Shown: positions 11,271 to 23,400 of the stretch, piece by piece | Layout: each line of letters starts with the position of its first letter | Position numbering within the stretch: position 1 is the first letter of the stretch | Assembly (NCBI GenBank): GCA_040954595.2 | Contig: CM082586.2 | Coordinates: 6,851,337 to 6,915,336 of the forward strand | DNA length: 64,000 bases | Direction of reading: 5' to 3' | DNA from: Balanoglossus misakiensis | Lineage: Eukaryota; Animalia; Hemichordata | Made by a program: the position numbers and the translations under genes | Notes under the pieces: generated by a model | What the model was told of the DNA's origin: nothing | Seen by the model: the letters and a program-made list of their open reading frames with translations, nothing else | Databases searched by the model: none

Positions 11271-14200
11271 CACACATTAAATTTACCTATACAACCATTA
11301 ACAATTACAGTATTTCTGTATTCACTGCACGTTTACCTAGCTATTCATTCACTGAACGCAATTATCAGTGAAGTAGAAATCACAATGGAAATAGAAACCA
11401 ACCAACTCACAGGGTTAAAATCTTCCAGGGTCAACAGTTGCTCCACTGTACACTTCTCCAAAACTGGCTGCAGAATACTGTAGGGTATCCCGCCCACGTC
11501 TTCCAATGCTGAAGAGATAATTTGGCAAAATTGATATCAGAGACTCATTTGGGTATAAAAATACATACAGAATTTCTCAGGGAAAGTTCATTGACATATT
11601 CCTTTGTGGAAATTACATAACAGTGTCACTGTTCTGTATTTGTCTTTTGGACGGAGTTAATTTGTGTAACGGAAATGTCTGTGTACACCTGCAGTTTCAA
11701 TATGATGGCAATATTTTTATCTGACTGGCAGGTCTGTATTGTGTAAATTCATTGTCTGCACCTTGTCAATTCTGAAACTAATTACCAGATTGCTATGAAT
11801 GCAACATACAGAGAAACTGACTGAGGGATGCCTGCAAGATTTCCAAAATGGGGCAATGGCCCAGGAACTGAGGGAAATTAGGTTGCGGATTATTGAAAAT
11901 TTGGACGAAATTTTTTTCACACAAGAACCGGCTTAACAATGCATTGGATATCACATGCATAATATATGGTGCATTATATATTTCTCTTCCAGAAAAATTG
12001 CAAATTCACTCATGCGACAATGATGAACAAGCCAACTGCAGCTGACACAGAAACTGCTGTATTCATCATCAATACACACAAATTCAGTTTCAGTAATCGT
12101 GAACTGTGCCATTGATGACCTACAATGCGTGGCATGAAACAAAATGCATCTGCCAGTATTACTTTGAACTCTGTGCCAACTAAATTTTGCATGTATGAAG
12201 ATCAGATATAGAAAAAGAGAATATGGAGCAGGCTGTCAGGTATTTGAGATATACTGAGAGAAAAAATTGAGAAATGACTTTAAGTTAACATCGTAATGCA
12301 GTCATATAAATTTCTGGCTCGAAATCTATCCCCCCAAATATATCACAGAATGTTAATAGTCTACACATAAGATGACTTGATTGAAAAACATAATACCAGT
12401 ATGATATATGTACTCATATTGCATGTAAAAATAGAAGCTGTAATTGCCCCCACTTAGCGAAACTACCAGTGAAAGGCCTAGGATGCAAATGAATAGTATC
12501 AACCAGTACAATGTGTAAACAATGTATGAGTGTACAAAAATAACTGTACCCAGAACTTGTATTGATTTTATGACATTTGCATCCTTGGGTTTTTACATGA
12601 TGAACTTTAGTCCCGAAATAATCCCTGGCTAATTAAAAATTAAATGCGTTTTTTTTTTTTTGTTTCAAGCCACAGTACATGTGGTGAGCCTCAGGTAACA
12701 AAGCCCACTTCAAGTAACTTTGACAAGCTTAGGTCCCTAGGCATATTGATATCACTCTTTATGTGTCACTCTATGTATGTATGTGTACACACGTTGACCT
12801 TAGGCACATATCAATGACAGCCAGTCGTCCACACAGAGACCATTATACTTACCATCAATGTTATCACATAGCACCCTCATACACATATCGTACAATGATG
12901 GCACATCTGCAAAACAAAATGAAAAGAGAGTTTTAATCGTAAAACCTAGAAAACAAACTATGACCAGTTACTTACATTACATATGACAATGTAAATGGGC
13001 TAAAATTTAAAAAAGTAAAAAGTGCAAATGCAGTCTACAATAGGGCTCTGCAAAGTTGATGCAGCTGGTATGTTGTAAAATCACCCACGTACTTAAACCA
13101 AACTTCTCTGTTTCACAATCAAAACTTACTTTTTGAAGTTTGCGTCTACACGTACTTCAATGTCAAGCCACACTTTTGAAAATGTGCCCTTTTCACCTGA
13201 CTGAGCCCAAGTGAAGGTTTGACTTGTAAAACTGAAAGCTTGATTGTTCAGAGGACAATGGTTTCTAATGTACAAACTAGGTCATGCTAGGGATCAGACA
13301 GAACAGTCAATAAGCATGCCATACTGGCATATATTTTCTAGAGGGAAAGTGTTTTAATGACTGATATTGAACTAATACTGTTACCATGGTTCCCTTCTGA
13401 GTAAAAGACTGGCTTCATGTTTTTATGCAATTATTTAGTTACTCTGATCTGACAGGGGATTATAAGCCTAAACATGGGCAAATTTACATGAAATCTAACA
13501 TTTCTAACCAGCAGCTGTGGTAGCGTACAGGTCTCTTCGACACTCAACAAGACCCTTGCAAGTTACAGTTGAGTGTTCCTATACTGAGATAATACTTACG
13601 ATCATACATGACATTTCTTGCCTTCCCTGAGAAAACTTTGGTGCGAGATTGTTTCGATGTGGTACTCATCGTAGTCAGTGCTGCTTCATCTAATCCAGCT
13701 GTAACCAAGACAACAGAAATTGTATGGTTATAACATAATATAGTGAGCGCAGTATGCCAGGAATTAATGAGAGCTGAGATGAAACGATCAAAGTCTGAAA
13801 TCAAAATGGCCACTAATTCACAGGCAACTTACCAGTTCGCCTCCTGGGTAAATCATCTATCTGTGGCAGTCTTAATGGTTTGTAATCTGGGTTTATACTT
13901 GGCAAACTGATATCAACGGGTGATGCCATGTCCTTCGCCTACAAGTCAAAATTACGACATTTAAAACACGTTTCCAGGGTTGAACGTACTAGTTCATAAC
14001 TTATCACTGTACAATCTACACGCATTGTATTCAATCAGAAAAGAATTCTCACGCAACAAAATTTAGAAATCTTACTTTTTTGGCCTTAGGATCATCTGCT
14101 GTGGGCATTTCTAACTTCCTCTTCAGATCATTAGACGTGTGACCGCTGCTCTGGTGCTCTGATTTTTGCCTGTCTCTGTGTTTACTTTTGTGTTCGCCCC

Positions 14201-16009
14201 TTTCATGATCTTTATGCTTGTGTTTGTGCTTCTTCTTGTCTTTCCGTTTTCCCGAAATTCTGTCTGTCCCATCAAACTCTGTCGCAGCACTTGTAGATGG
14301 AACGACTGTTGTCTTAACTTTGTCCAGTTTTAACAGTTTCTTCGGCTGCGGTAAGTCTAAATTCAAACAATCGGCAAACGACATTCCGCTCGATTCGAAG
14401 GAGACCTCCGCGTCTCGCACTTTGACCTTGGCCTTCTTTTTCCCAGGGTCCTTCTTGGGGCTTTTCTGGTGTGCGGGTGTATCACTGGGGGTTCTAACCT
14501 CAGAGCTGCTCCTTCCAACGGGACTCTGAACACCTTCCTTTTCCACAGCTTCCCTGGGGGTCTCCTTCCTGCTTTTATGCTTCTCTGTTGTTTTTTCGTG
14601 CGCGTGCTTTCCGGCCTTCATCCTCTCTGCATCCCGTCTCTGTTCCGACGTCCTGTCCTCCGCCCATCCTCCGCTTGCCACGGACTGAGAGTGGTGATGC
14701 TGCAATTTTTCCTCCTGGACATCTTCAGCGGAACTTCCCGCCTGGCTGCCGTGGCTTTCTTGGTCTTCGTGGCCGTGTTGCTCGTTGATCTGCGCCTCTG
14801 CACGAAGCACCTGCTTCCACTGATTCACTATACTCTTGGAGTAGTCTGCTAGCCTTCCTCCACACTTTCTGTACTTGTGGACTTGCTTTCCAATCCCTGT
14901 TGCCTGTGGGGCAAAAAACAAGCATAAAATTGAACCCTAACGCTGCCAAGTCAGTTGAAACTAGTTTGATTTCCAGGGTGCCTAGCTCCCAGGCCTGTTA
15001 GACTGCCAAGTGTGTGTTAATCAGTAGGGCCTATACAAGACCCTCAGACCAATACAGTGCAAACCAGTACGATTTGGTACATTTTACAGGGGGCTCAGAC
15101 TGCCAAGTGTGTCTAAGTACGTATGTCAAGACAGTCAAAATACGTTTTAGAAGAAAAAGTGGCAAATACTTATTTTTAGGGACTTGACACTCTAAACAGC
15201 TATGACACCCAGTAGCATTAGGGTTAAAGGGGCACAGTTTCCCATTGTTTCCCAATAATCACTTCCATGCACAGAAAAGGGCTGGGGTCTACAAAAATGC
15301 CCAGTTCAAGAAATATAGGCCTCTTTAAGTGATTCAGTGAGTGTGAATGATGTACATACCTGTAGTATTGCAACAGATACTGGTAATTTACTGAGTTGTT
15401 TAAAAATCTTTATAATCTGAAAAGAAATGAAAATAACTTCATACCTTATGTGACAATTTACATGTTCTTATATGTACATGTTCATTTTACTATCTCCATG
15501 GTATACTATACACGTAATATCAGACGAAGACCTTTAAACTCTTAATTTTGAGTATTGGCCCCAAACAGGAAACCGTCAAAATGTAAACAGGAAGTTAAAC
15601 TATAAGACAATTTGCCCCCATCATGCACATCCTGGAATTCACAACCAAACAGTGTATTGTAAACCACACAAAACTAAGAAGATACATGTGTGAAACTGTC
15701 AACGTGTCAAAGACAGATAATATGTGTAGTTGCGCGTTCTAAATATGTATAGCAGATGTACATATAAAGGACAATTGCATTGCTGCCATATTGATATCAA
15801 TGACTGCATACAGGGTAGGGCTGCACTTACGACTATTTATTTGAACCATGTTGTGGCGTGAATTTTTGCCACTGGCATACTATTGCCGAAACTATTTTAA
15901 ATATTTTCAACAGGATAACACTTTCTACCTTCGCTTCGTCTCCCGCGGTGCAGGCGCTCAACTCTTTTTGCAAAATCCGGACGTCGGTCGTAGTTTTGTG
16001 GTCCGCCAT
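9164..16009 (-). CDS. ELOA: Elongin A / transcription elongation factor B polypeptide 3 (596 aa, 11 coding exons)
   Basis: Exons (minus) 16009-15929, 15416-15360, 14903-14076, 13938-13833, 13698-13600, 12906-12853, 11508-11411, 10947-10846, 10605-10527, 9929-9708, 9228-9164; total 1791 nt in frame. TFIIS-N-like N-terminus (LSKLPVSVAILQATGIGKQVHK...IVNQWK), MSFADCL, RTKVFSG, BC-box VPSLYDMCMRVLCDNID, GGIPYSILQPVLEKCT, ETWRDLYL, C-terminal VAPMMMKSLKMMK. Confidence 0.95.
10424..10453 (-). promoter_or_regulatory. Candidate nuclear-receptor site cluster (DR1 plus perfect DR4) in an Elongin A intron
   Basis: TGACCT-t-TGCACT (10424-10436) and TGACCC-cttg-TGACCT (10438-10453). Motif match only. Confidence 0.3.
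11125..11171 (+). mobile_element. Fragment of the TA-flanked MITE family at 30245/33046/34400
   Basis: ttggctctcgcgtattttgcgaaaatttattactcacgaaaataaa matches the right end of that family. Confidence 0.7.
11182..11275. repeat. (CATA)n microsatellite
   Basis: About 20 catacata units visible. Confidence 0.97.
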
Positions 16010-16741
16010 GTTGTCATACCCCCTAGGCTGACGCAAATCAGCCGTTCTGATCTTGTGGAGGCTAGGGAGACCGTCTTCTGGTAAACCAAGGTCAAAGCGA
16101 ACTTCATATGTTCCCGTGTCCTCCCCTGCGATCTGATTCCAAAAGCCAAGACGTTGATGAGGAGCGAGGGTCTGTCAAAATGACAGTGAAACGAGGACGC
16201 GAACGAAAAGGGAGGCGATGGTCTTGACATATTACAAAGTTATTAGGGCCTACTCGAAACATCCGCTCAATTATTGCCATGATGAAATTAATACTAACAT
16301 GGGACCATGTCGACTTCTATTAGTCATAAGCTTTGGCCTACACGATATCATTTTGTTCCGGAAGTTTATAATGTATCCGAAAGAAAAATCTGCTACCCAC
16401 CGGCCAAGGCTGCAGCTGGGCAATTAGCTCAAATCTTCTTGTACATTGAACACATGGGATGTCATTTATTTTCAGACAGCAAAGCAAGAAGGGCCAATGA
16501 CCCGTTTATCGAGGCCAACTGTCTCTCACATAATGCGTCAGTAAGCTTTATATGACTCGTTAGGATACTTCAACAGAGGCAAGCGAATGTGCAACACAAC
16601 AAAAATATTTAGTATGCTTAAATTGGCAGCTCGAGCTGGCTCATTGAGCTTTAGAAATTGGCCGAGGATCCCAAATTAATAAACTTAGCGTAACGACGGC
16701 GGTAGGAGCATATATACGATTGTGTGTGTCCACTCAAACTA

Positions 16742-16757
16742 GGGTCAACTAAGGTCA
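16742..16757 (+). promoter_or_regulatory. Perfect DR4 element in the divergent ELOA / SLCO5A1-like intergenic region
   Basis: GGGTCA-acta-AGGTCA, about 700 bp upstream of the SLCO ATG. Motif match only. Confidence 0.35.
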
Positions 16758-17454
16758 ACTGTAACTGAACAAGAGTGATGTGATGTGTCCAGTTGATATT
16801 TGTGGGAGGTGGGGAAAGTGTAACGCACCCTCCCCCACCCCCAATCAGTTACACTTTTTTCCGGTTGAAGTTTCTTGAAAGGTTTTTGGTATGGTTATGT
16901 AAAGCAATGTTTGAAACTCTTTGTATCACTTTTATCACAGAGACAGAGAGGTAATAATTGGTGGGACTATAAAACGTATGCCATCATTGACATATACCAG
17001 TAAATGGCTTTGGAAAATCATGTTAGGCTCCATGGTGAAATCGACAAATATTGATGGTAGTGTGTTACGTAATTATAGTGATCAAGCGTCACCACTAACG
17101 ATTGTTAGTATGCAGTTTGTTTCTTCGGGATTTGACTCAAATCAAGTTTTAACTGCGATTGCATATTACCATGGAGATCAAAGGCTCGGTTATTCAGAAA
17201 CAAAGTATATGATTGCTGTGCTGGACCAACCATACTGATTAATTCTGGGACATGCGCAGAGCAACTTTTATTTGTTGCAAAAAGTGATAGTGCATCTGCG
17301 CAGGGACGCCGGGCCAATAGAAATATACACATTTGCGTCGTCGCGTGCGATGTGTTAATTGTGTTGTTTGTAACTGAGCGTACGCGTTGATGGCCAGCTG
17401 AGGACACGCGCGGAAGACAATCACTTGACAACAGAGAAAGAAGCTGACGATCAA

Positions 17455-20400
17455 ATGGCGACAGACAACAGGGATTCTGTCTACTATGTGCCGGCTCGAT
17501 CGCACGACTCTGAGACAACGAAAGCGGAAGAAGAAGAAGAAGAAGTCGACGATCGGTCAACCTGGTGCGGCTACGGAAAATGGCGTCCGCGGTGTCTGCA
17601 GCGCTTTGCCAATGGAAAGGGGTTTGTTTTCTTCGCTTGCCTGATGACTCTCTTCCAGAGCATGGTCGGCAGCGGCTACACCAGCAGTGTGGTGACGACC
17701 ATCGAGCGGAGATTTCAACTGAACAGCTCGCAGTCGGGATTCGTGGTCAGCAGCTACGAGCTCGGCGCTCTGCTGGTGATCGCGTTTGTCAGTTACTTGG
17801 GGGGACGGGGCCACCGGCCCAAGTGGATTGCCCACGGCGCACTGTTGATGTCCTTCGGCACAGTCTTGTTCGTACTTCCGCACTTCGTTGGATCTCGATA
17901 CGTTATACCAGACGCGGTGAACAACACAGACCCGGATATCTGCGAAGCCAGCGAAGACAAGAGAAGCAAAAGCATGTCCTGTGGCAACAAAACTTCAGAT
18001 ACGATTTATATTTTGTTTTTCATCGGGGCTCAGCTTCTTCTCGGCGTGGGCACGTCTCCAATATTTACACTAGGAACGACTTATGTGGACGACAACATCC
18101 CTCGTTCGAGTTCTGCCACCTACATGGGTAGGTACATGTATTTTAATAAAATCGGAAAGCGTATCATACAAAACCGAACTGCATGTCAACACGGACATAA
18201 TTCACGCCACACATAATAAATGACAACACCCATATGAATTGTTTCTATTTCAGTCATGGTTTGTGGACATGCACTGAGGAAATACTTTTTGTAAGGTAGT
18301 AGGCCTAATGAATAATGTGTAATTTCCTTGCGTGTCAGCACATGACTAGACTGGATAACCAAAGATCGCGCATAACATCAATCGTCACGCTTTGTTATAC
18401 ATGCTTGTAATTACACATTGTCGAAAGCATAAATGTCTAAGTAAAAGCAACCCCCAACCCCTCCTAAAATGTAATATCCATTGAACTGATGAAAACAACA
18501 TTCGCGTATGCGTAGGCCTGTACTTCCAGATAACTGCACAAAAATGCGCTCTTTAGTGTAGTCTTGGTTCTGAGGTCGAGAGAGTGATATGTTTCACTCG
18601 CATCAAGCCTCGCTAATCGATTTCTTTTTATGCTCGTTACTGCTTTGCGTTGTCTCTTGCAAGGCCTTTCCCCTCGACGCAAAATGTATGATCGGAAGGG
18701 TTCAACAAACTTTCGATAACACTATATAGTTTAGTGTAGGATGTTGACACAGTTAAGTGGGTTAAACTTCAAGTTGAGTGTCGTGTTTTCACATGTGACA
18801 ATCCCGTAAACTAGTTTATAGCCCAGTGAAGGCTAATGGTTCTTTATTCCAATTCAATTAATTACTCGATTTCACGAATGCATCCTTTCGACCAGACGGT
18901 TGCGTTGACCGACCACGGTTGAAACGAAAGTACACATAGCACGATTAAGGTCGCATACTGAGAGGCGACACCCTTTCTACGTATGAGTGGGCAAGTTGTT
19001 TTTAACAAAAGCAACATAGCAAAAAAACAACAAGAGACATCGTTCGTTGGGCCTTCGTGACATAGATTTCGTACAATTGTGTGGGTGTGTTCGGCCCTGT
19101 CAGTTTTTATTTACCACAAAACACCTCTTAGCCAGGACAATACTAGAGAGATATCTCAGATGGGGAGTATTTCTATTAAGTTAGAGGTTAGATCAAGTGC
19201 ATTTTACATTGATTGAAAAACATATATTGGCGACAATGAACTTTTCCATTATTTCCCGGGGGGTTGTGACCTTGCAAATAATATGGGAGAGAGAAATTTC
19301 ATCTTTCACGGTTTACTTGCTCCATGGACATTGGACTACCCACTCCACGCTTGCGCGAATCGTGGCCATAGGAACGAGACGAGTGAAAACCGTCAACAAT
19401 CATGTCTGAGTGGTTGCCTAACAACGACCCATGGCTGGCATTGACAGACCCATGATGGCGCGCCATGCCGGATGGTCGATGATTGGTCATTTCAGATTAG
19501 GGATTCCCTAACGCCAGTCTTCACTACTAGTAGAAGGTGGAGGTACACAGATGACAGATTGCAGAGAAATTCTTATGTACAATGTACCGCGGAATACCTC
19601 AGGCTGTCGCCTCGTTTGATTCCCTGCCAACCCAGACGAGTCCTCTTCTCAGACACACAGAGAATGCTTGTTTTGACATCTGTAAGGCAGAGTATGAAAC
19701 AATGCGATGGCCTGAAACCATTGCGTGACAAACCTGTGAATGCGAGTTTATCTGGGGCCACTGCAGGACAAGCTGTCGGCAGCCGCTGTCATGACAACCG
19801 ACACAGTCAACAATAAAATACCGTAATTCCCATATTTTACCGCGACTGATATCACAGAACACAATCACCTGTATTAATTAAGCACAGTGACAAGAATCTT
19901 TAATTAAAAGGAATTTCAAAACGACTGGGTGTAATGATTTATTGTACAAGTTAGTAGGGCGACCCTGTGCAAAAAAAAATGGAAAAGGCACGACAGCAGA
20001 ACGGAAGAACCTAACGAGGGGGCACAACATGGGGAAATGTTCCTTCCCTTGTCTTTGAAGGAAAAATAGAACTTTTCATCACTTTCACTATCTGCGGATG
20101 CGAAGCTTTGGTGTGGCGGTATATTTAGTTATATGTAAGGTCATAGACAGGTCACCGCCTAAAAAACCAACCGTGACCTAAAGCACACGGCACACCGCCA
20201 TATCAGAACTGGGTATCCATGGCTACGCTTTTACTTATACAGCGGCTTCAAAAGGCATGATCCATATTGTAATCATTGAATGCACAAAATCGACAGGGAG
20301 AGTTATGAAAACTACCTTTTTAGTAGGCCACAAAACTACGTTGAGAATTCAAACATTTGGGTTAATTAAATTCTGTTCGATGCGTAAATAAAATCCCCGA

Positions 20401-23400
20401 ACAGTTACGTGTTACGGTAAATGTGGACCAATTCAAATCAGTCTCGCGTGTTTTTCCAACAAATCCGTGGCACAGGTGTTACGCCGTGGATATTGTATAA
20501 AATCCCCTCTCTGCGATCCTTCCATTTTTTGTGTGCGTCGTTCAATACGCGACTAAAATTTAACTATGTACGTGTACTTACTGGCTCAGAAAGTACATAA
20601 ATTACACAATCAATTTTTGTTGGGTTGTGTACGGAACAATTAAAATAACGACACTTAGCAGAATATAAATGTGAATGAAAGACTCGCGAAATACTGTACT
20701 GCAATTATAGGAAGTGAAAGTTAACATGAAGTGAAACTGGCCATACTCGGCGGAGTGCTTTCATCGGAGATTTAATCGTCTAGACACGTGATTCAGGTGG
20801 GCTTGGGGGGCTTCTGGGACATGGAGTCATGTACAGCCATTATAGACGAAAGGCAGACATGACGTAGCTGTGATGTGTCTTGAAAGTGTAGACTGGTTCT
20901 AGAATACGCGTATCGCTTGCTCAGCGGACATGGAATGAAAATGTAGTCAAATATCCCTCTCAGCACCCTTCATTCAATAAGACCAATATACCCGGACGAG
21001 TGACAGGACTACATGTATACGACAGATTCATATTAATATACACACCCGCTCGGAGATGATAGATTACATTTTGTATCTTATACAATATGTACTCTATCAT
21101 ATGCTAGTACTTTTCACCAGACAAAGAGAACATAGCTTCTTTTTGTCTACGTTTCCCTGCGTTACGGTGCGCGTGTGTGAAGGCCAGTGGGAGGTCTTGT
21201 ATGTGCATAAAAGGCAGAGTATAAAAGGCTACCGCTAGAATTATTGACCAACAGGAATAGCCTATAAAGCTATAAAGCAAAAAACACTTGTGAATGGCTT
21301 ATGTTTATGATAGCATGTCCACACCCAGCATTTTACTCGCTGTCCGAATGTACAATGTACAAGGGCGAACTAAAGAGACCCATGGTAAAGTGAATCACGG
21401 TCACCCCTAGCGATCGTGGTGCAACGAACTTTAAATACTGTGGTACGTCCATGAATACTTTCCATTGTACGACAGTGACCACTGAGTTGACCTTGACTTG
21501 CTAGATCAAGGTCGCTCTAATGTGTTTGTTTCCGTGATAAGTATACGACTATTTGGAAACAATGCTTATTGATGTTGACAAAATACGTGGATACATCACG
21601 GACACTCAACATATTAAGGAGATGTGAAATGCACACACATTTGCAACTCTAGACTAGTAAACGCTTGTCAGAGAATACTTTGATGTGTCTGCTTCATTTC
21701 TTTCGAAACACACATTTGCAGAACAGACTAGACAGGCAGGCAGGCAGGCTGGCTGGCTGGAAGACATGCATATGTACATACACAGTCCCTCTGTACTGTG
21801 ATAGAGGGACTGTGATACATACAAAGCAAAATAAACCCCAAACAAAACAAATATATAAACGATTGTATATAGTTATAAGTTGCGAATTATTTCAATTTCT
21901 ATGATGATCGAACCATCTTTTATTGATGCCCGAACATATCGATTTGCCCTTCTTTCAGGAATTCTGTATTGCATGGCCTCTATCGGTCCGGCCCTTGGCT
22001 TCGTGCTTGGAGCAGTTGCGCTGACCATATACGTTGATGTCGGGTTCATCAATCCCGACGATGTACCGATAAAACCCGAAGACCCGAGGTGGATCGGCGC
22101 CTGGTGGGGAGGCTACGTTACCATAGGGATAGTGATCGCTCTGTTGGCCATACCCCTGCTTGGCTATCCCAAGGTGTTAGGATCGGCTGCGTTGAAGGAA
22201 GAGGAAGACAAGAAAACAGCAGACGCCCCCGTAGAGGGCCACACGCAGATGCAATTCACGCATAGAACATTGAGAGGTAGGCCCTATGTGACAGAGATGG
22301 AGAGAGTTCACAAAGGCCTTTGTTTAATAGCTACTGAATTCTTTTGACAGGATTTTGTTTTGTTTCTTTTCCCTCTACTATTAGGCAAATATCGACCATT
22401 GTAATACAATGTGTAAACCTCAAACATATGTATGTATAAAACTGGCCCCTAAAGCTCAGTGCGGAACGTTTCAGACAAAAAAAAGTGTTTTGTGTACTCA
22501 GTCTGACTGTAGATTTAACGAAAAGTAAACTTTTCTCCTTTCCTTTCAGATGTTCCAAGCGCATTGTACAGTTTATTTTCGAACCCAATCTATGTATGTA
22601 TAACGTTGGCCGGTTCGATGGAACTTGCCATCATCGCCGGTTTCGTCACCTTCATGCCGAAGTATCTTGAGTCCCAGTATTCGGTCACGCCCTCAACGGC
22701 CAGTTTTCTCACAGGTACGCCTTTTGTTTCTATCTAAGTGTGACATGCATACGTGATAGTACATTTGACTGCGTAAATTTGCAATGGAAGTATAGAATTA
22801 ATATTACCCGATACCGTAAATTTAATATAGGTTCCATGTTTTATTTCTTTCAATTTACCGAGACAAAAGACACCCCCCCCCTTTGGTAGAATGCTATGAA
22901 CCTGGTTGTTTGTTTCTGATGACAGGGCTGTTGATACCAGGGGCTGCCTGTGGAACCGTCTTAGGTGGTTTCCTGGTCAACAAATTCAAGTTGACTATCC
23001 TGGGAACAGCTCGACTAGGTTTTGCCTGTGTCGTCGTATCATTCTTGTGTTATGGAAGTTTATTCCCCCTCCGATGCGGAGCACAGGATTTTGCGGGCGT
23101 TTCTGTGGACTACCTGCCAAGGTTTGTATCACAGTAGACATTTTCCTACGTGCGATAATTGCATGTCTAAAGTGTTATACTTAAGCAATAAAACACCCCC
23201 AGCCATGGTATACCACAAGATTTTGACCAGTTCACGACATATACGCACGAGCGATAGCGAGTGCGTATATGGAGTTGAACTGGTCAAAATCGAGTGGTAT
23301 ACCATGGCTGGGGGTGTTTTATTGCTATTATATTATGCCAGTATATTGAAACTTTGCATAAAACATTTTAAAAGGGCATTTTCTTTGACTATGATATATG

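Noticed and set aside
12020-12070. atgatgaa...ttcatcat hairpin in an Elongin A intron as a miRNA or C/D snoRNA
   Set aside because: Only the outer ~10 bp pair well, no convincing terminal D box, and no match to a family I recognise.
15228-15324. ttaa|aggggc...gcctct|ttaa mini-element; similar lone TTAAAG ends near 2294, 27998 and 59859
   Set aside because: Inverted ends are too short to call from one copy; possibly old Kolobok-type remnants.
17105-18131. Antisense and alternate-frame ORFs over large SLCO and PRDM14 exons (also 35666-36366, 43098-43666, 57293-57805, 62130-62752)
   Set aside because: Shadow ORFs caused by GC-rich third codon positions in real exons.
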